Shown here one piece after another: positions 26,876-39,493 of a stretch of 64,000 nucleotides of DNA (positions are counted from its first letter, which is position 1; each line of letters begins with the position of its first letter). Origin of the DNA: Paraspadella gotoi (lineage: Eukaryota > Animalia > Chaetognatha); assembly GCA_051294375.1 (NCBI GenBank), contig CM119269.1, positions 2,534,699 through 2,598,698 on the forward strand. The letters run 5' to 3'. A program made the translations under genes and the position numbers. The notes below the pieces were generated by a model, which had not been told where the DNA came from, did not search any database, and saw only the letters and a list, made by a program, of their open reading frames with translations.

Positions 26876-27513
26876 ATTATCAAAACTCATCTCCTAATCC
26901 TTATCCTTATTAAAACTCATCTGCTAATCCTTATCAAAACTCATCTCTTAATCCTTATCAAAACTCATCTGCTAATCCTTATCAAAACTCATCTGCTAAT
27001 CCTTATCAAAACTCATCTGCTAATCCTTATCAAAACTAATCTGCTAATCCTTATCAAAACTCATCTGCTAATCCTTATCAAAACTCATTTGCTAATCCTT
27101 ATAAAAGCTCATCTTCTAATATTATCAAAACTCATCTCAGTAGTATATACTGGACAGTGAGATGGATATATATATATATATCTCATTGTCCAGTATATAC
27201 TACTATCTCCTAATCCCTATCAAAACTCATCTGCTAATCCTTATCAAAACTCATCTGCTAATCCTTATCAAAACTCATCTCCTAATCCTTATCAAAACTC
27301 ATCTCTTAATCCTTATCAAAAATCATCTCTTAATCCTCATCAAATTTCATTTCCTAATCCTCATCAAAACTCGTCTCTTAATCCTCATCAAAACTCATCT
27401 CCTAATCCTCATCAAAACTCATCTGCTAATCCTTATCAAAATTCATTTCCTAATCCTCTTCAAAACTCATTTCCTAATCCGCATCAAAACTCATCTCCTA
27501 ATCTTTATCAAAA
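26876..27513. repeat. 24-bp minisatellite (ATCAAAACTCATCTGCTAATCCTT), ~24 copies, interrupted at 27139-27204
   Basis: Direct reading; it produces the ILIKTHLL repeat ORFs. Confidence 0.95.
27139..27204. mobile_element. 66-bp palindromic insertion with 25-bp TIRs (AGTAGT...ACTACT) and 5-bp TSD ATCTC
   Basis: The left arm AGTAGTATATACTGGACAGTGAGAT matches the reverse complement of the right arm (ATCTCATTGTCCAGTATATACTACT) at 24/25. ATCTC is at 27134-27138 and 27205-27209, whereas uninterrupted satellite units carry it once. Confidence 0.85.
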
Positions 27514-28805
27514 CTTTCCTCCCCAAGGGAGAATCGCCCCGCCCCCTTCTCCGCCCCCCCTAAGGTTGTCACGCCTTCGTCGGCTTCGACTCTTTCTGTC
27601 AAACGCCAGTCATCGAGACGACGCGCGGTCCTTTGAATCAATACCCCCTTTGCCGAGTTGACGAATTTGTCGTCGTTGTTTCTTGCCGAACATTCTTCAC
27701 TAAAAATTCTTAGATCTTTCCGGCAGAATTTGACCGTGGATCTTGCACTGTTTCTCACATTTCTCACATTAGCGTGATCGTTATCACGCTCATCATCATA
27801 ATTAATCATAATCGTCATCATCATCGTCATCATCATCATCATCGTCATCATCATCATCATCATTTTTGAATCCACTTAAATCCTTACCTTCAAAAATAGT
27901 GAAATAACTTACCCTCTTTCATCTGACTCAATTTTCCCTTCCATTAACGTCGTTTCTTTCCTTCCATCTTTTCCTTTCCTTCCTCCACCCAATCTCTCCC
28001 TTTCCTTCCTCACCCGCCCTCACCCGCTTGACCCCACCTCGACGGACCTCACCTTCGACTCGGGTCGGCGTCTTTAACGAGGATTGGGTTTAGCCGCCAA
28101 CTTGCCCGACCATTTATCATTCGTTGACCGACGCCGAGAGGGCAGACGGACTCGCCAGCCACCCGCCAGCCACCCGTCAGCCACACGCCACTACTTACTA
28201 CCACTCGCTGGCCACTGTTCAAGACTTTTTCACCGACTTTGCTCTGCCAAGTATTCAATATTTAGATTCCACTGACCTTTATTTATCTCTGTCGCTTTCC
28301 GACTCGCTCACTTTCTTTTTCACTTACCCGAAATAACTGGCCAGCGTTCAACTTTACCCTTTCGGCTTGAATCTTTCTCCAGTTATCGTTCACTGAAACC
28401 CATTGTCATTTCTCCGTCATTTAACAAACCTACTCAGTATCTAGATTAGATTGACCCTGGGAAAGACAATACTTTCTACCACTAAAAAAGAACCATGGTA
28501 ACTTTCTGAAAGACTCTCCCAACCCTGGGAAAACACTCGGTCACCTGAAAGTAAAAGAAGAATCATTTATTCCAGAAACTTGACCAGTGACCAGCGACCA
28601 TCATGGACCTCAACTCACAGACCGACCGACCATGGATTAATCGCCGAGAAATAACCTTCGCCAACTGACAGACTTCATTTCTTTCTCTCACTTCCATATT
28701 TCATCTCTCGCTTTTTTTCTTATTTTCTTTTTCCTTCTTTTGTTTTCCATTTGTTTCATTTAATCTCATTTTCCGTTTACCCTCTGTTTTATGGATTCTT
28801 GTCAC

Positions 28806-28960
28806 CTTTTTTTGCCACTTCTCTCTTGGATGTTATCTCTGTGAATAGAAATAATTTTTGCCATCTCTCTCTTGGATGTTATCTCGGTAAATAGAAATAA
28901 TTTTGCCACTTCTCTCTTGGATGTTATCTCAGTAAATAGAAATAATTTTCGCCATCTCTC
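28806..28960. repeat. ~46-bp tandem repeat x3
   Basis: TTTGCCACTTCTCTCTTGGATGTTATCTC..TAAATAGAAATAA recurs. Confidence 0.9.
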
Positions 28961-29042
28961 TATCTCTTCTTCTCTTTTTCGTTTTCTCCCCGAATCTCAC
29001 TCGCTCATCGCCTTTCGTTGACCTCAACGACCGCGGTTCGCG

Positions 29043-29077
29043 CCTCCCATTGGCCCAACGTTACAGCCAATGGGAGG
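29043..29077. promoter_or_regulatory. Inverted pair of CCAAT boxes
   Basis: CCTCCCATTGGC-11 nt-GCCAATGGGAGG, a perfect 12-bp inverted repeat. Confidence 0.45.
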
Positions 29078-29878
29078 TCAAATACTCGCCGTTAAAAATA
29101 CGCCGGGGATCTAACGACGACGACGACGATGACGACGACGACGACATTAACGGTGGCAGTGACTGTGATGGAGATTTATTACGAAAAACTAAGACGACAC
29201 CGAAAAAGCCGAACCTTTTATTTTCAGATTTAGAAACAAAATTATTGAAATTTAATCGTGAAATTGAGGAGAAATCGAAGGTTTGATTCTACTGTAATAA
29301 TCGAGCTGAAACAAGTCAGTTTATGGATGAAAAAAATATAACAACTATAAAAAACAGTAAAAAACAATTAACTATATTTTGCAGCAAAATTGTTTTTCTT
29401 TCAACAAATATCTTTTATTTGAAATAAAAACAGACATGTTTCGACTTTAATTTCGAGTCTTCACTATCGAAAATATTTTGCGAAACCAAAGAACTATTTA
29501 GCAGCGCTTTGGTACAACGTATATAGTAAAATTAAAACATTTACCCATTTCGTCTCGTTTTTCACGATTTCAACCCTCGTTTGAAAAACATAAAACACAA
29601 AACAAAAACAATAACGAACCGAAAAAAAAAATTAAATAACAAAAAAAAAAAAAAGAAAAAAATAAAGCCCAGACTGGATCAGTGACTGACAGATTCCCGG
29701 GAGAATAGATCGACGCGTTTTCCTGTTTTGTTCTCCGTCCGTTTCTATCTCTGTCTCTGTCTCTATCCCCCCTTCTCTTTCGCTCTTTCAGGCTACAACG
29801 ACAGGAGATGCCACTCGCTCTTGTCCTTTGTTGTCTCATGACCGTTAATCCGCAATACATTCTAATCACTTTAGAAAA

Positions 29879-29917
<39 letters not shown>

Positions 29918-32319
29918 CAGAAAGAAAATTTAATGGAAGAGACAACTGCAAATTAAATCAAGCGGATGAGATTTTTTTTCAAATTGGCTCGATGATGAAT
30001 TCATGTCTTGATTTCATTATCATCTCTGTCCGTCACCTGATGCATTTCAAACTCACATTTTCCGCGTTGCCCTCATTAAAAAAATACAGCGGGTAATTTT
30101 TTTCCTCCAACGGTGTTGTTAATTAATTACCGTTTTCATATGACAAGTGAAAAAAGGCTTGAACGTTGTAATGGGTCGGTCAGTTACTCGTCTGTAATAT
30201 TTTAAAAATGATTTGTCCGTACCAATAAATATAAAACATCCCGCAAAGAACAAAAGAATAAATAAAAACTTACAAACAAACTAACCCCCCCAAAAAAAAT
30301 AAATAAACGAAGGGAAATTGGGGTTTCCATCGCCGTCGCGCGAAACATGGCGTCTTGCCGTCTCGATAATGGAGGTCAGCGCCCCCGAGCGTCCCCCAGC
30401 GACCAGCGCCCTCTAGGCTCTCTTCGTCTTCCGCTCTCCTAACGTACGCTCGCGAAAATCAGAGAAAAGTGTCGCTGACCGACGAAGAAGCTTTATCAGT
30501 CATCGTCTTTCTCATCGTCGTTGTCGTCGTCGTTGGACCCGAAGTCATCGTCGTCGTTGTCGTCGTCTTCTTTGTTGTCGTTGTTGTTAAGTATAGAAAG
30601 AGTTTTCTTATTTTCGTCAGTTTCGGCGAAAACATAAAAATGGCGGTCATCGACATCTAACTTCTCAGTTACGATTGATTCCTTTTTTGTCACTTAGTTT
30701 CATACATGGTTTCAGTCGAAAACGCGACATTGTCATCTCGCTATGGTCATTGGTTACGTGGTCGTCATCATAATCGACGTCGTCGTGGTCTTAGTTATCG
30801 GATTCATTCCAAATCACGATGATATTGTTCGAAACAATTCAGGTGTGGATAAGGCGCAAAGTTGGATGAAGAATACTATCCGTAACTTCTCTGCCCCCTC
30901 AGCAGCCATGGAACGGGTTCTGGGCTTGGAACCAGGCTCGNNNNNNNNNNNNNNNNNNNNNNNNNNNNNNNNNNNNNNNNNNNNNNNNNNNNNNNNNNNN
31001 NNNNNNNNNNNNNNNNNNNNNNNNNNNNNNNNNNNNNNNNNNNNNNNNNNNNNNNNNNNNNNNNNNNNNNNNNNNNNNNNNNNNNNNNNNNNNNNNNNNN
31101 NNNNNNNNNNNNNNNNNNNNNNNNNNNNNNNNNNNNNNNNNNNNNNNNNNNNNNNNNNNNNNNNNNNNNNNNNNNNNNNNNNNNNNNNNNNNNNNNNNNN
31201 NNNNNNNNNNNNNNNNNNNNNNNNNNNNNNNNNNNNNNNNNNNNNNNNNNNNNNNNNNNNNNNNNNNNNNNNNNNNNNNNNNNNNNNNNNNNNNNNNNNN
31301 NNNNNNNNNNNNNNNNNNNNNNNNNNNNNNNNNNNNNNNNNNNNNNNNNNNNNNNNNNNNNNNNNNNNNNNNNNNNNNNNNNNNNNNNNNNNNNNNNNNN
31401 NNNNNNNNNNNNNNNNNGTCGTTCCTTCGACTTCGACTTCGTAGATTTGGCCGCCATTTTGTTGGCGAGGTCAGATCGCCCGACATTGCAGAGGGAGCGC
31501 CAAGCCTCCGACCCTCGGCCAAGTTACACGCGCCGCCATAAAATGAGAGCTCGGGGAGGAGGGGGTGTCGAGCGAAGGAGGGGGGAGCGAGGGGGGGGGA
31601 AGGCGGGGGGAAGGGGAGAGAAAGGGCGTGCCTCTTGTTCTTTAGCCCGTCGTTGTTGCTGTCTATGTTTGCTCGTCCGGATGTTGATGCCATTTTCGTC
31701 GTCGTCGTCGTCGTCTTCTTGGTCATCGTCTTAGTCGCGGTCGTCGTCGTCGTCGTCGTCGTTGTCCATTTTCGTTTCGTTGTTTTTGTTATCGCCGCAA
31801 ATAAGTTTTTCTCTCCGAATATCGGTTTTTGTTTTTATTTTTTTTTGTTTCTTCTGTTGACCGGGAGTTGTCGTTGTCGTCGTTGTCGTCGTTGTTGTTT
31901 GAATCTTCCGCTTATCAAGAGTGGATTCGTCGACAACGAAAGTCCATTTTTCTTCCTCCGACGAATCATTTATATTTCAACGAATTCGAAAAAAAAAGAA
32001 AAAAAAAAGAAAAAAACAACCGGAGGATATCGAAACCGGTACATCTTCCTTTTTCTTTTTTCTTTTTTTTCTCTTCCCTTCTCATATTCTTTGGTTTCTA
32101 TTTCCTTTTTATTTTATTTTTTTTATCAACTCCTCTCATTACTTTCCATTCGTTTCTTTTCCTTCTGTTTTTCTTCTTTCTGATTTCTTTATATAAAAAC
32201 AAACCAAAACCCCCCCCCAAACAAAAAAACCAAAAATCTGCGGCCTTCGACTGCCCTCGCCTCTTCGCGGCTCCGGGTCGGCGACCGCATCCCAAGGGCT
32301 GGGCGTCTCTCTCTCTCCT

Positions 32320-32382
<63 letters not shown>

Positions 32383-32919
32383 TCTCTCTTTCGGGTCAGG
32401 CGAAGGCCACAAAAGAACAAAAACCGATTTTTCACCGTGCGTTTTACTTCGTTTTCCGCTTTTTTCGTTTCTTTATTTATTTATTTTCTCCGATTTTTTT
32501 TGTTATCTCGTTCATATTTTTTTTAAAATTGTTTTTGTTTTTTCGCTCTTATTTTTTTTAATCTATCGAAAGCTAGGTTACTTACCTCTTTTTTGCGTTA
32601 AAACAAGAAACGGCAGATGTCGCGTCGCTGTTACTTTTATTCACGTTTTCGCCTCACAAAGTGAAAGCGTGTCACAGTTCACACGATGAAAAAGTTGGTT
32701 AACAAACGTCTCATCGTTGTCTGCCAAGTAACTAGATAAGTACAAAATAGATAACTAGATAACTACGTAGACAAGTATGAAATATTTTAAAATGAAGTGT
32801 TAATGATTGACTCTAAAAATTAATTTAACTTAAAGCCCAGTAGTAGAGTTTGACGCAAAAACTAAAAGTAAGTCGTGGGATGATGGTGCCGCCTTTGAAC
32901 TTGCCAAACGAGAGTGACA

Positions 32920-32985
32920 AAAATTATAAATAAATTATAAATAAATTATAAATTATAAATAAATTATAAATAAATTATAAATAAA
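32920..32985. repeat. (TAAATTATAAA)n 11-bp repeat
   Basis: Direct reading. Confidence 0.85.
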
Positions 32986-33089
32986 GCTGAAGGTACAATG
33001 ACAAAAATTCTCAACTTTAAACAGAAACAGAAGTAAGAAATAAAATAATCTTTACCCACCCGATCCAGTGGCAAAGTTTAAACGGTTTA

Positions 33090-33205
33090 AACGGACCAAT
33101 CGAAAGGCCCGTCGCCTCCTCAGCTAATCCCACCCATCCCTCACCGCTCGGACCACTCCCGACCAATCACGACCTCTCCCCTCGAATCTAGCGACGTCCA
33201 ATGGC
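33090..33205 (+). promoter_or_regulatory. CCAAT-box cluster
   Basis: GACCAATCG (~33094), GACCAATCAC (~33161) and GTCCAATGG (~33196) in a GC-rich patch. Confidence 0.35.
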
Positions 33206-33409
33206 ATCCCCGCGCTTCAAGTTTTCTCTTTCGCCCTCAATAAATACCAAAAAAATAAAAATGTGGCGCCGGGAAAAATATTGGGGCGATTTGAGTTGAG
33301 CAGAAATGAAGGATCAATGCGGTGGACGGGTTGTGTTATAGAATAAAGCCGAGCAAAAATATTAAAATCAAGTAGAATCGAAATTCGAGATCATGTTGAA
33401 CAGGCTTGT

Positions 33410-33775
33410 ACCTGTGAACATTGATATAAAAAAAATATATATATTTTTAAATTTCAAAATTTTCGCATACGCTCATATTTATGCATAGTACTTATCATAG
33501 AACATGTTAAAATGTTAAAATAGATTTTTCTTATTTTTGAAGCAGATTCGAATTTCTGACGGAAAGTTGATATATTCATTAAGTGGGTCAAAATCATAAA
33601 AAACTGTTATAGTTAACCTATAAATTAATTTTAGTATAAAATTTATTTTTTAATTTTTAGCTAACCTAATGAAAGAGTTTTTGATTAAGACTTATATTTT
33701 CTTTTTATGAGGAATTCGAATCTGCATTCAAAACTAAAAAAAAACTATTTTCAAATTGTGAAATTTTCGAGGGTA
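33410..33775. mobile_element. Degraded palindromic MITE-like element
   Basis: GCAGATTCGAATTTC (~33542) is inverted relative to GGAATTCGAATCTGC (~33711); weaker terminal matches; AT-rich. Confidence 0.4.
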
Positions 33776-33794
33776 AGTACTATGTATAAATATG

Positions 33795-33990
33795 AAGACA
33801 GACGACAGAAGACTTAAGAGACCGAAGACTGAAGAGACAGAAAACTGAAAAGACAGAAAGCTTAAGAGACAGAAGACTGAAAAGACAGAAGACTTAAGAG
33901 ACAGAAGACTGAAAAGACAGAAGACTTAAGAGACAGAAGACTGAAAAGACAGAGGTCTTAAGAGACAGAAGACTGAAAAGACAGAAGACT
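33795..33990. repeat. 16-bp minisatellite alternating GACAGAAGACTTAAGA / GACAGAAGACTGAAAA (32-bp dimer)
   Basis: Direct reading, ~12 units. Confidence 0.9.
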
Positions 33991-35853
33991 GGAGATCAGG
34001 GCAAAGCGGAGGCGTCGAAGTGCGACAGACGACGTCAACTGACGAATTTTGATCGATGAGATTCGGAAATTCGATTCATAACGAAAAGTGAAGGAAAAAA
34101 AAAGAGGAAGATTGTGATATATTATTTTTATGTCAAGATTATATTGAAAAGAACTTTTAAAATCATTTCTAGCCATCCGGGCCTACCCAGAAACCAAAAC
34201 TTGAAGTTTTAAAAACCTAGAAGAGAGAGAGAGGATCGACTCTGATGATAGATGAATGAGAGAAATATGAAGAGACAGGATTGTGACCGCAGCGACGAGA
34301 GAGGATAAGAAACGATCTAGAACAAGCGAGAGTGAGAGAAGAGTATCCGCGGAGTAATTAAATTTATAACGAGCATTTACAAGTGATTTAGGATAACTTT
34401 TTCTACTTATTCGCGTAACCATTATTTGATATCCGGCCCTCAGCCACTATTTTTCTCTTTCCAGCTTTTTTTCTTTCTTTTCCTCCTTCATTTTTTTTCT
34501 CCTTTCTCGCGTTTAATTTTTTCTAACAACGCTGCTGATTCGGAAGAAAATGATGGAGAGCAGGAAAAAGAGAGATGGACGAGGAAGACTGAAGTCGCGA
34601 GGTCACTGGAGGAGAGAGAAGAGGAGATGAGAAGAGAGAGAGAGAGGAGAGAGAGAGATGAGAGGAGAGAGAGAGAGAGAAGTGAAAGTAGGAGAGGGTG
34701 CAGAGCGAGAAAATGTGAGAAAGAGTAAATGAATGAGAGAGACGGCGAGCGCGAGTGCTTCGACTCACAAGACTCAGTCCACTTCTGTTTGAAATCATCG
34801 AACACATTAATCACAACAAAGTGAAAGAATCAGTTTCACCAGAAACTAAAAATTTTAAAGACGATACTGTTTTTTTTCTAGTCGATTTTCATATCATTTA
34901 CGCCATGCCATGCCATGCCGTAATGCAGAATTTTTCATCTATTACCCAGACTCATTTCGCCGCGCTAAAAGTCTTAAAAATAAATATCTAATTTCGAAAG
35001 TTAATAACTTTTATTACACTTATTTTTCGCTCGTTTTCATCCACGCCTTACCGACAATTTCGTCTCAGTCCCGCAAAGATATCCTTTTGTTATTCCTATC
35101 ATGCAAAACCAACTCTTTTTCGAGATGGCTTTCTCGCGCGGTCCTTTTCTCAGAGAGAATAAAACTAAGAACGACGAACCCGAAGGACGCAACTGAAAAA
35201 GACTAAACCCTAAAGGGGAACACAGGATCTCGGACAAATGCCAACAACTCGTATTTCATTTGCGAGTATTTATGTTTTTCCCCTGTCGTCTTCGAACGTC
35301 ACCTCCATCTTCTACCGCGATCCCTCTGAGGTCTGAGTTACCAGAAATTCTTCTCCTCTTCCCCAAACCCCTATTCCCTGCTTTTCTGCCCCCCTCTTTC
35401 TACCCCCGCTTCCCCTCTTTTACCCCCGCTCCCTCTTCTACCCCCGGCCCCGCACTTTTCCCCTCGCCCCCCTCCCCGCCAAAAAAGTTTTTTCTCCATT
35501 AATTTTTCCTCGAAGATTCTCCACAGAAAAAAAAAAAAAATTCTCGTCAGCGAAAAAAAAAACTTTGGGCAAGTGACGTCTCCATTTATTTTCTCCAGTA
35601 TCTGTATCGCTCGACTCTGTGAATTTTTCTTCGAACGCTTTAAACGATCGAAAAGGCAAGAGAAAGAGTCGAGGTTTTTTTTATTATTATATATTTTTTT
35701 TATCACTCTCGCCCGAGGTATTTTAATTTCTGGATTAAAATTAATTCCCTGCAATTGTACGGCAAAAGCGGCAAAAGCGGCGAAAGAAAAAAAAAGAGAA
35801 AAAAATGATGGTATAAAGATTTATGGTTCGGTTCCAGCCAGCGAGAGAAGACT

Positions 35854-35928
35854 GTCACGTGACCGTCAGGCGACTGTCACGTGACCGTCACGCGTCTGTC
35901 ACTTATTTGACTCAAAATTTTCACGTGA
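35854..35928. promoter_or_regulatory. Tandem GTCACGTGAC (CLEAR/M-box) E-boxes
   Basis: GTCACGTGAC at 35854-35863 and 35876-35885, and TCACGTGA at 35921-35928. Confidence 0.45.
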
Positions 35929-36323
35929 TTGTCACCAAAACTGCGGATTCGAATCGGCGACAGCGGAGAGATTGAAAATTGCGATTGAATTTTGGTTTGT
36001 ATATTTGTACAATCTATATTTTAAAAAATTATCGTCAACTTTAGTCAGTTAAGTTTCGTCAACAAAGAATAAGCTGCCGCCGTCGTCGTCGTCGTCGTCG
36101 TTTTGTTGTTGTTGTTGTGCGAGAATCGAAGCCGAAGAACTTGATTCAGTTGAATCGTTTTTTGATGGAATTCATTCTTACTCTCGCGCCAAGGTTCTAA
36201 GTTTTATATGTCGTCGTCCGTAGTCGTCATTTTGGTCGTCGTTCCCCGTCGTCCCTCGCCTGATTCAGACACGAGAGGGTGACCTTGTCGGCGCAAATTG
36301 AAGCGTCTATCTCTGTTCTCACA

Positions 36324-36417
<94 letters not shown>

Positions 36418-37001
36418 CTCTCTGCTTTATTTCCCCGGGATCTCGGCCCAAAGCCTAAGAGACCGAAATTCCAATGAATACTTCAGTTGTGACGTAATTG
36501 CGTATTCATCGTCCCAGAACCTATCAGCGCCGTCGCTCAATGAAATATTGCCAAAGCTTACGTCATCAGCGATGCCAACATCCGCCATGGTCATTGTGTC
36601 ATCAGTGACCATCGGTTAAAAACAGCTGACATAATAACAACAGCAACTACATCAACGAAATAAACAAGAACTACAACAACAACGACAACAAAATCAAAAA
36701 TAAACAACAACAACGACGACGACTCGCCCAAATTTCTCCCTCCTTTCTCTCTCCGACGGGGAATCGACCCGGTGACCTTTCCGACTCTTTCGTTCTCGTC
36801 AAACGATTAGGAGATTTGCTCAAGCGAAACTGAATTTTAGTCGACGGACTTGGGCAGCTGGCTCCGATTCTGTCTATCTCTGTCTGTTTGTCATTCTGTC
36901 TATTTTTTTCTCTCTCTCTCTCTTTTACTGTGATTCTAGGTATATTTCTCGGTCTGTGCCTCTATCTCTCTCTCTCTTGCTTTCGCTTCCGCTCTTTTCC
37001 C

Positions 37002-37064
<63 letters not shown>

Positions 37065-39112
37065 ATCTGTCAAATAACTAAAGCGATGTCTCTCATTTCG
37101 CTTCGCTTCGGTAATTTTATTTTTCTCTCTTTTTTTTATTTCTTCATGGTTTTGGTTTCGGTTTTGTTGTGGAAAACAAAATCGAGACGAAGGAAAAAAT
37201 CTCCGTAAAAACGCGCGACATAAAAGTCATAAAAGGGGTTTCCACACTTCGCGACCCACACTTTTCACACCTGGCACACTTACCTGCGGGATCACTTTTT
37301 TAGGACACATTTTGTGTTTTCTTTCTGACATGATAAGCACAATGCCGCACTTTCTTTTTCAATCTCCAGTATTGCTTCCACACTGGTCTCTTCTTATCAA
37401 ATTAGAAGTTTTTATAAATATGTCGTATATTGTTAAATCTTAGCTCTTGAAGGTTTGTTTTTATCTCTTATTTTCCAATAATTTTTGTGACCTAACTTTA
37501 AACGCTTAGTTCTTTCTGCTCTCAAATTCAAAAATTCCACTCACTTTCCACACTCCTTATATTAACTTTTTTCACTATTCTCATTTCCACTAATCATATT
37601 CTCATTGTTTCTAATCTCATGAGTTCTCTATCTTAATATTCCATATTCTCATTGTAATCTCATAACTCCTTTAATCTTCCACTCTATTGATTTTCAACCT
37701 TTTCATTCTTTACTCTCTTTCCACTCACTCCTATTTTCCACTCTTTTAACATTCTTCTCTCTTTCATCCTTTTCCACTCATCATATTTTCCATTTTCCCC
37801 CCTCCTCATCTTTTTTCCAATCTCCTAATTTCCACTCTCCCCCCTATTTCCGTCCCCTTTCCCAACGGCGTCGTTGTAACGCGTCGAAAATCCGGAAAGA
37901 AAATTCTTGCAAGAAAATCTTCTTCTCTATCTCGTCATGGCCCGGATTTTGTCACCCCATCGTCGTCGTTATCGTCGTCGTCGTCGTCGTCTTTTACGTC
38001 GCCGTTATATCGTCGTTTTTGTCGCCGTCCTTGTTGTCGGTGTCATCGTTAAAGTCGTCGTAAACGTCGTCGTCGTCGTCTTCGTCGTCGTCGTCGTCTT
38101 CGTCTTGTTCTCCACAAAAAAAAAAGAGGAATGTCATTACAATCCCATTATGCCACCTTTAATCCTGGCGTCGGTCGAGGGGAAAAGAGAGCGATGGGCG
38201 TGGCTGAAGGGAGAGACGAGCCACGCGTCGGCGCGGCGCGTTGGCGCGGCACGTTTGGCACGGCGGGTTGGCGCGGCACATTTGACGAGGCACATCGGCG
38301 CCCGTCATCGTCTCGGCGAATGGAGCGCGGAAGCTTGGTGTGCCGAAGTTGATCCGGTGGCGCCTGTAAAGTACCTCCAAAGCTTAATGACCTGCCTGTT
38401 GCGCAAACAAAACGAGCCTGCAATGTTTTCTGCCAAAGATGAACCATTATTCACTCGTGACAAAGAGAGGACGACGACGACGACGACGACGGGGAAACGT
38501 CAAAAACCGTCAATGACGGAGCAGAGAAAACGAGTGAATAGATTTTGTACGAGAAGAGATTTACAATGTTACGTATTATCTTTATATTTGCCAATTTCTC
38601 CGGACTGACGAACAAAACTTTCGGCTGCTGGGGTTAGATTGAAATCATGTTAATGTTAAAAATAATCACACTTAATAAAGTAAATGTACATATAGCAGTC
38701 TAGTCGGACTAGAAGAATACTTGACGACGACGACATCGAGAAGAAGATGAAGTCTTCAACAATGGCGGCAGAATCAACAATGCTGATGACGACGTCAATT
38801 GCAGCAAGGACGGGGAGGCGTTCGCTCGCCCAGCGTCAAGAGGAAAGAAGAAATAATGGCGACGGCATGAATATTTAATAAGAATAGAAAAAGGGGGAGA
38901 GAAAAAAAGATTTCTTGAAGATTGAAGATGATGTTCGATGTTCAAACGAATGAAATTGCAAACTAAGTTCTTTCTTTTCTTACTTTTTGTTTTCTATTTG
39001 GTTAAAGGTCTTTTGAGGTTTCTTTTTTCTGCTTTGATCCCTGAGGGTTTTTTTTATTTTTTAGTTTGTTTTCCTTTCTATTCCTTTCTTTTCTTTTCTT
39101 TTTTTCTTTTTT

Positions 39113-39164
<52 letters not shown>

Positions 39165-39493
39165 TTTTTTTTCATTATTTCTTTCTAGGGTTTTCTATTT
39201 CTTTATTTCTTTCATTCATTCTTTCTTTTTTCCCTTCTTTCTATTTTATCGTTTAAAACAATAAAAAAAGGCCGCAGAAAGTTTTATTACTCTCTCACTC
39301 AGCGTCGCAGAGACGTACAAAGAAACAGACCGCGGAGAAAAGGGAGACAGAAGAAGCTGGAGAGATGGAAGGAAGAGGCAAAGATGGTAAAAAAAGAGAA
39401 AGGAAAGGTTGAATATATAATTTAAAGAGCGAAATGGGTGGGAAAGTATAAATAGGAGTTTTTCGAGAGCGAAAAAGTGAAAAATGTGAAAAT

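Noticed and set aside
26804-27563. ILIKTHLL repeat ORFs and possible CRISPR-like periodicity
   Set aside because: Head-to-tail 24-bp minisatellite without unique spacers; eukaryotic context and no cas genes.
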